The notes under the pieces: model-generated | What the model was told of the DNA's origin: nothing | The model's input: only the letters and a program-made list of their open reading frames with translations | Databases searched by the model: none | Translations under genes and position numbers: made by a program | Origin: Monocercomonoides exilis PA203 | Lineage: Eukaryota; Protista; Preaxostyla | Length of the DNA stretch: 64,000 nt | Assembly (NCBI GenBank): GCA_001643675.2 | Contig: LSRY02000009.1 | Coordinates: 1,798,001 to 1,862,000 of the forward strand | Direction of reading: 5' to 3' | Shown: piece by piece, positions 26,871 through 37,521 of the stretch | Position numbering within the stretch: the stretch's first letter is position 1 | Layout of the letters: each line of letters opens with the position of its first letter

Positions 26871-28290
26871 ATGAGCATCACCGAAAAGTTCACTGGTTTG
26901 CAATCGTTGTTACAGTTGAATTCATATTTATTGAATTTCTTTCTTTCTATTTTTTGAAGAATTGTTTTCTGAGCTGGAGCATTTCGATGAAGATGAACAG
27001 AGAAAAAAATTCTTAAAATGAATGCATTGATGGAAGAGATGGATGAAGAAAAATTCTCATCTGTGTTTACAGAAGAACTGTTCAATAAAATACACCAAAA
27101 GATTGAAGAAAAGAAACTATCGATGGATAACGCTCTCGTGCTGCTGAAGCATGCGGGATACCGCATTGTGCTAAGAAATGAATGTAGTATTGGCTTTTAT
27201 CTCTCTAAATTCAGAAGAAGATTAAAAGAGATGATTTTTGAGGAAGAAAAGAAAAAAGAAGAAAAGGATGATAAGCTTATTGTTGATCTTTGCGAATGCT
27301 ATCTTTCTCTGAGCGGTAACTTCACATCTCATTTGCTTTAGGTTTGTGTGCCCTGCCTTCTGAAAGTTGCATCGAATAAAGAAGAAAGTGATGAAGCCCA
27401 AAAGGAAGTGAAAAAGGCACTTTTGGCATTGAGTAATATTTCCAAGTGGAAAGTGTGATTTTTAAATTGATAAATTTATTAAATTGTTTTTGCTTCATTT
27501 ATTGATATTTTTCTTATTTCTTTTTAGTTTGTCGAACAAGAACTTTACCTTAATGAGATCAAAGATATTATCCAATATCATCAAGAGCATCGAAACCTCA
27601 CTCGCCTTTCCTATCAGTCTGCTTAGCAGTTTTTAATTTTTAGATTTCCCCTGAACAAAAGCCTGGAACAAGTGATTGTGAATGAGCTGCATTTTGGAAG
27701 AGATGCAAGAAGAGAATTAGAAAATCTGTCAAAGAGTGTGGATTGGAAGAAAAATGAAAAGTGGGGAGAGAGAAAAGAAAAGGAAGAAATGATTACCATA
27801 TTGAGATGGATGCAAACACTCTCTTATTTCTTTGGGAACTGTTATTTGTGGAATGGAGAATATGTTGGGCTTTTAAGCAGCATTGTTGAGGTGCTTCGAG
27901 CATCAAGGGATATTTTCAGAGAAATAAGCAAGAAATGCATTTGTCCATTTGAAGAAGCATCAGGCCGCAGAGTTGTGAAAATTGGCAGCTTGTGGCAACG
28001 CGGAGCTGTTGATGTTGCTTTGGAAGAGATTCATAAATCAGCAAAGGATGACGAAATTACAGCCAAAATCTTGAAGTTTTTTTTGAATGTTTCAAGAAGA
28101 TTAGAAAAAACAGATGATGAAGCTGATGAAGTGGAAAGAAAGGAAACAAAAAAAGAGATATTTGAAAAGATGGAAGAAGAGGGGTATGAAGATGTCATCA
28201 CAAGCCTTCATGAAACACTGAATTTTCAACAGACGATATTATTTTAAAATATCATTGAATATTTCAGATTATTATGTTAATGTTTTATGA
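26871..28290 (+). pseudogene. Helical family copy 4, pseudogene. Exons 26871-26895, 26960-27452, 27528-28290
   Basis: Same introns. Lesions: 1-nt deletion in an A-run at ~27005, TAG at 27339-27341, TAG replacing the conserved Trp of YQSAW (~27625), and a second frameshift near 28225 before ISLNISDYYVNVL*. Confidence 0.88.
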
Positions 28291-29099
28291 AATGAAACTC
28301 ATTAAATTTTTGAACTCAAAAATCGTTCTTTTTAGATCTTATTGTTTTTATGTTTTTCTTTTTTTCTTTATCTTTTTTCTATCAATCTATCTATCTTTCC
28401 TTCTTTTTTGGTATGATCCGTTTATATCAGCCCAACCAAAAATCATTTTAATAATTATATTTCGATAAGTTAATCATTAGCATAAAAGAACATGCAAAAA
28501 AATTAAACCCTTGGAAATTCTTTTATTGAATATGGGTGATTTTTTTTGAAATCATAAAAAAAGATCAAAAATAGAAAAAATAAATTCTATTGTGGTATTT
28601 TTTGATCAAAGAGTAAAATTGATTTTTTGCAAGTATTTAGCTTTTGTTTCTGTTATATATATTTGTTTTATTGTTATATTCAAAAAAACATACCTTTTTA
28701 ATGTTTTTCGTGAAAAAGAATTATTAAATCCAGCTTTCAAAAAAAACGTGAAAAATAAAAAATAAAACTGTAAAAGGAAAATGCCAAGTTTCTCAACTTG
28801 CAAAACTATTCTAATAAATAAAAAATTCTTTGAAAAACTTAATTGAAACGGTTTGTTAAAAAGATTGTTCCAATAAATAGATTTAACAACTTTTAACCTA
28901 TTAAAGCAATTGGTTTTCTTCACTTCATCTTTTTCTTCAACTGAAATATCATCACAAAACATCAGTCCTTTCTTTTCGATTCAGTTTCTTCATCAAACGT
29001 TGAATGAAATACAATGAAATCGATAATTAATGTATAAAACTAATTCGAACTCGTCTTTTCTCTCTTTATTCTTCTCATCACTTGTCCTTCCCGCTTCCT

Positions 29100-32000
29100 T
29101 TTTCATCCTCTCCTCATCTTCGTTCCATTTCTACTCCGCTTCTTAAACATTCTCCTCTTGAAAATGTCTCTGACGTTGCTTGATTCCTTTCCAGCACTTT
29201 CTGCGCAATTCTTCTCGTTGTATTCCTCGGTTACTCCAATTGCTTGTTAACCTCCTCTTGAAACAAATTTGCCTTCACACTCAGTTCATTGGCCGCTGTG
29301 TGAGCGATCAGGTGAGAAAAGGAGGAGGAGGAGGAGGAAGTGGAAGAGGAGGAAGAGGAAGAGAACGATGAAGGAGAAGCAGTAGTTGTTGAAGTAGAAG
29401 AAGATGAAGAACGATAATCCTTCGTAACCAATTTATTCAAATCCTCCATGGTCATTTTCGACTCCAATTCCAAAGGCAGTGCGTATGACTTCTCATCTGA
29501 AGACATCAGCTTCCTCTTCGCATTCGCACTTGTCTTTCTGGAACTGGCTATTCTGTTTGAAGCAGCCACAATCGACATCTGGTCGAGCGGTTTGAGCGGA
29601 TCGAGCGGGCAAAGAAGAGGAAGCGCCTACGACAGGAAAGACTGTACCGAAATAGACGCAGCGATGGATGTGGCAGCAGCGGAGTGGGTTTCAAGCAGTG
29701 TGGAGCTGGTGGAGAAGGAAGGGGAACCAGTTGGGGAGCTGTTTGGAATCAATACACGGTGGCTGAAGGCAGGCGAGAAGAAGAGAAAAGGAGGAAGCTG
29801 AGGTTCTCCCAAGGAATGGTAATTCAGATTATCTGGAGGCATGCTCTATGTGTCTGAAGGGAATAGAGGAAGTGCCCCATCGAAGTCGGATTTGAGGCGT
29901 GTGGAGTCAGAAAGCTGTCCGGCAGTGAGGTAAGATGGTATAAACAGCGTGGGGAAGACTAATCTTGACGAGTAGCTGAGCACATCAAAAACCGCATTTC
30001 CGTCATGCAGTCTAACCGATTGTTCGCGGATGACTGAGTCGTGAAAGGAATCATACGCAAATCTTGTGTTGTCTGCTTCACTCCTGCTTTTGGTGTGTTC
30101 GAGTGGGAAACCAGCCAGACGGCTCTCAAATTCTGCAGTGGTGATGGCGATTGACAGTCTGCGCTCGAGATGGCTGTGGCTGATAACGTAGGCTATGGCG
30201 GGGCAGTGTGTGGAAAGCATTCAGGTGGTGAGGGGTATTGAAGAAGAGGAAGAGGAGCAAGAGGAAGAAGATGTTGATATAGATGTTGATAAGGATGAAA
30301 CAATCTGAGTTGCGTCTTGTTGCAGAGTTGTTATCATTCAATGCAGAAGTAGCATCAGACAAAAGCGACGTCTTTTCCGGTGACATTAGTGCAAGTTGGG
30401 GCAGTCCAAACACTTCCACAGCTCCCAGAAGTTCCAGAACGCTCTCTCCATTTGTGTGTCTGTGACAACACAATGACAACATTGAGCCATCAATTGCCAC
30501 AGGCATCAGAGAAGGTGTGAGTGCTTCGTCAATCGGAGGGAGAGGAGCAGAAATCGACGCAATGGCTGCGGCGGGGTGCATTTCGAGCTCAAATTCAGAG
30601 GCAGATGCAGATGCAGATCCCTGAGAAGGAGAGAGAGAAGGAGAAGAAGAACGAAAAGAAGGAGATGAAGAAGGGGAAGAAGAAGAAGAACTTTTGGAGA
30701 CGGAGGAAGAGAAAGAACAGGAAGAGGAAGAAGTAAGAGGAGGATGAGGAAGAAGAAGAAAGAAGAAAAAGAAGAAGAAAATGATGATGATAAAGGAATA
30801 ATAGAAAAATAAGTTCACTTGCGCTGAATGGATTGCTTTGTTTGCATCAGATAGGATGTAGAGAGGAGGAGGGATTGACATCGCTTGTGGAGGTGGAGGT
30901 GGATGTGGATGCTGAGGGATTTCTAGCGTGCCAGTTAATGAATCAGGTGAAGAAGAAGAGAAGATAATGAAAAAATGATGAATAAACAAGAATAAAAGCA
31001 AGATTAAGAACAAGATTAAGAAGTTGAAATAAAAGAGGAAGGTGATGAAGTGGAAGACAAAGAAGTTGAGAAAAAAGATGATGCGTTTGCAGATGAAAAT
31101 GCTAAGAAAGAATATAGAGTTCTAATGATTTGCTACTGAATCCTTCTTTGATTACTGAATTCAGGCAGAAAGTCAAGCAAATTGTGATCAGTATCTTCAC
31201 AGGCTTATTATTCTCTTTTGTTGATTTCATCTTCTCTTTTGAAAGTTATTAATTAAAGTGTTTTCCTCTCTCTCCTTTTTCTCATCCTTCTTCTCTCCCT
31301 TCCCTTCCTTCTCACCATCAGCCCGAATCCCCTGGCTAGCCACATACGCTGCATAGTTCAGAAGGATGCTCTGTGGCTCAAACACATCCCTCGTCGCTGA
31401 AACGCTGCTGCTTGCAAACATGCCTTCATTTCCCAATCTGCTCTTCCCGAGAATCGCATAAGGTGTATGCACATTCACAAGCGGTGTCTGCGAGAAGAAA
31501 GAAATAGAATGAGAAGGAGAAAGAGAAGGAGAAAATGAAGAAGACATATTCGATAAAGAGGCAGAGCTTGAGCTAGTTATGTCGAGTGACTTCTAAGCAA
31601 GTGAAAGAGAGTCTGTGGTGGGAGATGAAGGAGTGAGTGGTTTTGGCGGAGTTCCAACAAGAAAAGAAGAGGCAGATGATTGAATGTGGTGCAAGCGAGA
31701 TAAAGGAGGGGTGGCAACTATCGAGGAGGCTACTCCACTTTGAGTGTGCAGCTAAATAAATGAGAGTGTACTGTAGAACGCGAAAAAATGTCTGCTGTTA
31801 TTCATCTTCATCATCACCTCCTTCTACCCTTCTCCTGTCCCTCGAACTCCTTTCTGTTGTTGCCTGCGCAAGTCTTGAGTCGAAAGTGTAAGCTTTCAAT
31901 GTGGATATCTCGTTTTTCTCATTCATCTTCGTCTTCGCCTTTGGCTTTTCCCACTGATTCCCTTTCCTCTGCTCTGCACTCAATTTGCTTCTGAAATCAA

Positions 32001-32350
32001 CCTTCGTTGCATCTTCCATTTAAATGCGCTCTCCTCTCCTCTCCTCTCTCTCTCTCTCTTTCTTTGCTCCTTGGCAGTATCGCAAAGCGAGAGCATGAGT
32101 GCGATATTGCTGTCAGCTCCTTCTCTCCAACCACCATTTCTCTTTCTATGCCCATTCAGCTTATTCTGCACAGCCGGCGCATGTATTTCGTTCGAAACGC
32201 TGAAGCAGAGTTGGATAAACTGCAACGGAAAAGGAAAGCTGTTCAAATGCCCATCCAGCGAAGTTGCGAAATGCATTGACAGTGAGGATGATACTGTTGG
32301 GAGTAGGAAAATTGGATGAAATTATTTTTGGAAGGTGCAATCAAGCCGCT
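29100..32350 (-). pseudogene. Probable decayed multi-exon Ser-rich gene of unknown function
   Basis: A run of GC-richer, collinear, protein-like minus-strand ORFs (31227-31547, 30126-31013, 29846-30220, 29627-29842, 29231-29578) separated by single stops, frameshifts or AT-rich spacers. No recognisable domain. Confidence 0.4.
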
Positions 32351-35300
32351 GATTGAACAGCTCACATGCATCTGAAGGTCGAAGGTCTGTTCTGACACGA
32401 AGTGAAAAGAAATATCACAGAAGAAGAAGGCGAGAGGATTGAGAAATGTGAAATCATTCGAATGATATTTCCAAAGAAAAATATGAGAAGTTCCTGTGAC
32501 GTTGCTGACTGAATATAATATCTAACTTAACAAGTTGACTTCACAAGGAGATAAAAATCCAAATTGCAATATTAATGACTGATACTTTCAAGCCAATCAA
32601 TAGAATTACATTCCCTCAAAGTTAATTGACTTCCTTTTTGTGGGATCCCTGCCTTTCCCTTCGCAAACTGAAAATGATGCTGTTCTGTCGGCTCCAAAAA
32701 TACAAATGAATCAAATGCCTAATGATGATATCAGGAAAGAAGACGAAGACAAAGACAAAGAGGAAGAAGAAGGTGAAGAAGAAAATGTTGAGGAAAATGA
32801 GGAATAATGAAAAGAAGATGAGATGATGATGAAAATGAATATTTATGATGATTGACAATTCCACAAAAATTCAAAAAAAATGCTGAAGAAGAAGTGGGAA
32901 GATTCCATGTGAATTTGTTTTCTGAACGAAACATCACATTAAACAGTTAATTTCGCAACGAGTCAAAAACCCAAATTGCAAATATTTTGGCTGATGTTCT
33001 GAAATTTATCAATAAAGCTTGATTTATTCAAATCATTTGCTTTTCTTTTTGCGATTTCCTCTCCTTTTGCTTCGAAAATAGAAACTGTTAATATTTCTCA
33101 ATTTCTTTTCCTTTCCATTTTTCCACTTCCATTCAGCTCACAAAATTCTCTGATAATATCAATCCCTCCCTTTCTTCAAGATTCTCTTTCTCTTCCATAA
33201 AACATTCTTCTCCTCTCATAAAAAATACCCCTCTTCCATTTGAATATTTCACAATTGTCCTCTTCTTTCCCGCTTTTACCCTCTTTTCCTTTTTTTCAAA
33301 TTCCATTTCTCCAATTTGTCTCAAATATCTTCCTCATCATCCTCAGCCACTTCTCTACATATTTACTACATTATCTTCTCAAAATCTCCACCCACTCTTC
33401 CCCACCCCTTTGTCTCAGAATTTCTTTCGTTCAAAAACCCCTCTCGAAATATTAACATTCAAAAAACTATCAACATCCACTCCCTGCTACAAAAAATATT
33501 CTTTTATCACCTCTCTGCCCCATATATCTCCTGTGCCATGTGTTGATGAGATAAACATCAAATACTTCTTTTGGTGGTTGAGAATATTATTAAAGGAGAA
33601 GATCATACCAAAAACAGAAAAAACACCTCTGAACATCCACCACAATGTGTACGGGCTGAGAAGACCCTCCAGTGAGATATACAATATATTTTGTGGAGAT
33701 GCATTCCATGCTGTATTTGACCATTCTGAGACTGAAATGAAGAGATTGAATTTTTGAATGATGACGGCTGTGGAAATGAAGCTGTTTGGCAAAAAACAGT
33801 CGAAGAGCAGTTTGGTATTATTTTGTTTTTCTTAATATGAATATTTGCCTTTTGATTGTTTTTGCATTGTTTTCATGGCAGGAGGTGGAAATGATTGAAA
33901 ATGAATGAAAGCGGGATAGCTCATTGTTTGGGTTGTCCATCGAGTTGAGAGATAGAATACATATGGAAAGTGTGTAAGATGAAGAGATTGAGATGGAAAT
34001 TGGATGCAAATTTTTCAAGAAGCTAATTGGATTTGAATTGAGAAAGATGGAATTGAAAAAAAGCAAAAATCTTTCATATTTCAGAATAGAAAGCAATTAG
34101 TGAACTCAAAAGAAGGTAATGATTATTGGAAAGGCTGCTTTGCGAATCGCTTTGCTAAAGCTGTCGAAAATTATTGTTTTCAACAAATGCTTTTATATCT
34201 TTAGCATCAATTTCTAAATTTCTTTGCAACAACATCATAAAACAAATTTTTATATAAAAATTAGATTGATTATGTATTGTGATTATTGTTTTGATGTTTA
34301 AAAAACCAGTGAACTTTTGTTTTGCTCAGTTAATTTAAGTTTCGATATTTTGCGAACAATTTTTAAATATTTTTTTGAAAATAAGTAATAAAAACAATTG
34401 GAAACAAATTAAAATCAATAAATAAATAATAATAATAATAATTAGATCAATATATTTGTGAGATCATCACTTTCTTTTTTCTTTTCAACCTCGCCCTTAA
34501 TGAAAATTTTTTATGATCAAAAGTCGGAATTTTTTATGATATCAAAAAAAATCACCCATATAAAATTTCAAATTGATTACTAAACATAATCCTTTGCGAC
34601 AATTAAATTTTTTGTGAATTGAGTCGGTCGAATTTGCAAAGGAATGTCGACAAACTTCTAATTAATTAGAACTGATTGTTTTTTTAATAATAAACTTTTT
34701 TCAGAAATAAATAATTGTCAATTATTCATTTTTTTTTATTTTAATATATATTCCTACATTTTTTCTCCATTGTTTTGATTGTTCTGATGTCTAATTAAAT
34801 AAAAGGATAGATCAAAATGCTTTTCCTGAAATAGCTCCATCAGGCTTGGTTTGCACTCTGTTAATCAGTGGATAAACTGTGTGTTCTTTGTTAATCTGCA
34901 ATCTTGATCATAAATCGTATTTGTCTTTCTATTTTCGTTTTATTATTCAAATAAGATACACTTATAATTTTTTCTCTATTGTTCTGCACAATTGTTTTAT
35001 CACAAGATAAATAAAGTAATTTTTTCAAATGTATCTTAGAAATTGGTTGAATAGCGTTTTTTAATCTTCAAATTTACAAATATGTTTATCTGAAAGTTTA
35101 TCTTGATATAATTTCATTGAATAAAGTTTTGTTTAATGATTTTCTTATAATAATTGTTACATTTCTAAATATAATTGAATATTATTAACTTATTTTTTAT
35201 CATTACAAGGATTTAGCCTGACTTAATTCTTGTTATTATATTTTTTTACAAACAATAGAAATATTTTTCAAAAAATCAGTGTAGCTTTCAGTTGCTGACT

Positions 35301-35579
35301 CCTTTTTCAAATTTCTGATATTCCAGAATAAGTAATATTAATTAAATGGTTTGAAAAGTCAATCGATTGTGAATTTTTCGTTCTTTGTTAACGACAGAAA
35401 TTTCGATCATGCCTGTTCATGAAAATTTTAAACAAGAAGATATATGTGTTGATTTGGGAAAGTATTAAAAAAATATTGCATTGACAATGTCGTATGTGCT
35501 TCAAATTTTTAATTTGTTAACTGTTGGTTGAAAGAAGGCTTTTTTTTAGATTTTTGGGTCAGACAATATATAAGTTTTT

Positions 35580-36565
35580 GATCAAAAGAGTGGCGTCCAA
35601 AGCCGATTGTGTGGTAGCGATGGAGATGATGGTAGAAAAGTTTCAAAAGAGAAAGGAGGACAAAGTGGAAGAGAAAAATAATGAATGGATCATTGAGAAT
35701 ATGTTAGAAAAATGTTAAATATTCAGAGACATCAGAACATCTGTTGAGCGAAATTTTCTCAACAGAAGATATTTTGGGGAATAACTCGGATGGGGTCCCA
35801 GAATGGGTATTGGAAAAGGAAGTAGATGATGATGAAACAAGAAAGAGAACTCCATCGCCATCCATCTCATCCACTTCAACGACCGATTCTGATTCAACTT
35901 TTGTTCGATCAGAGAGTCTGTGCCCAACCACTTCATCAATATCAAACCTGGTAGATGCGATGGCATGCTCATGCCCATATGAGAAACTGATTGTGGATTT
36001 GAGGGATTCGCTGTTCATGCTGCTTCATGGAAGGAATGAGAAGAAAGAGATGGCGATAGGCACTCTGCAGGAGAGGGAGGTTACAGCTGCCCAAATCCTG
36101 TTCTGGGTAGCTAATCTCGCTCTTCACTCCTTTGATGAAATGGAAAACCCGCTTCAATCGCTAGCCAACCTCAGTCCTCACATTGTTCTTTTCTCAGAAC
36201 ACATGGTCGTCTGCATTGTCATGCACTCTGATTTCCTTTCATCTGATGATTCAGACTCATCGTCGATCTCTTCATTGACAATTGTTTCTTCTTCGTCCAA
36301 TATTTCGTTGATGAGCGAAAGATTCACCGATTCTCCACCTCCATCATCCGCGTTTGAGGATGATGAAGACAATCGATATGAATGTTTGCGGTGGAAGGCG
36401 CCAGAGCTGCTGAATGGGATCAAGAAGCATGCCACAAAGAAAACAGTTGCGTTTTCGATGGGGATGATGCTGCAGGAGTGTGTGGAGCTGGCAATCCCGT
36501 TTGGAGGTGTGAAACAGGTTGCTGGAGATACGATTCGGAGAAAAATCAAAGAAGATAGTAATTGA
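35580..36565 (+). pseudogene. Truncated cytoplasmic region of a receptor-type, tyrosine-kinase-like pseudokinase, lying inside the hAT element
   Basis: Kinase C-lobe motifs: LANLSPHIVLF (degenerate subdomain VIb), LRWKAPELL (VIII), VAFSMGMML.E...IPF (IX). No HRD, DFG or VAIK. No signal peptide or TM. Stop and frameshift near 35718-35744, and the C-terminus is truncated. Confidence 0.75.
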
Positions 36566-37521
36566 TGAGCCGTTTCTTGAGATGGTTGCGAGATAACAGA
36601 GGGAACTGATTTTTCAAAATCACGAACAAAGTCAAAAGAGTTACGTCATTTTCAACAGTTATCAAGAAGATTGACAATATTAACTTTATTAATTTATTTT
36701 TATTGTTATTTATTATTAATTTGTATCAACAACAGCACACCTTTTATATTAACATGACATGTCCTGGTGAATTTTCTTTTTTGGTGAAATTATCGAGTTA
36801 GAGACATGTTTTCCAATCTTTCTTTTGAACTTGGAGAAGTTCTAATTTTTTTTAATTTTGCTTTCTGACATTAATTTTTATTCAATTGTTCTCACACATT
36901 GAAAACAATAATTGCACATATATATATATACGTCAATAAACAATTGAAACATATTGCGAAGATAAATACACAAAAATAACAAAACTGAATGAACAAAAGT
37001 GTTCTTTGTTGCAAATAAACGTTCGTTTGATTTGGTGATATGAAAAAATTCAATATCTCAGAAAATACATGGCTCACAGCAATTATTATCAGTTTTAAAA
37101 ATCACTTGTCATTCAGAAGAATAAAAAATGTTCGAATTCGAAACGAAAGTTCCACGAACATTGTTGAACGCATCGATTTGGATGAATAGCAAGTGAAAGC
37201 TAAGAAGATTATTTTATTCAAATAAATAAATAAATTTTCAAGCATTCATTCACAGTCTTCAGATGATTCAATAAAAAAATAAAGCATGCCTTGTTTTTGT
37301 AACCCATTTGTCTTCTTCTTTATTGCTTTATGCTTAAATTGACGTTAAATGAAAAAAGTCAATATAAAAACAATTAATAATGAAAAAATTCCAAACATTG
37401 TTCAAAAAACTGCAATATTTTAAAGGCATTATTATCAGGTTTCACACATTTCTCAGAACTCGTCACTGAAAAGTGAAAGGATTGCTTTTGCTCTCAAATC
37501 TTTTATCTTCAAAAAGATCCT

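Noticed and set aside
27339-27630. In-frame TAG codons as stop-codon reassignment or readthrough
   Set aside because: The same copy has frameshifts, one TAG replaces Trp, and TAA/TAG terminate other genes. This is ordinary pseudogenisation.
33410-34100. YFFWWLRILLKE resembling a Rab-GAP TBC motif
   Set aside because: A single short resemblance without the other TBC motifs. It would need an HMM search.
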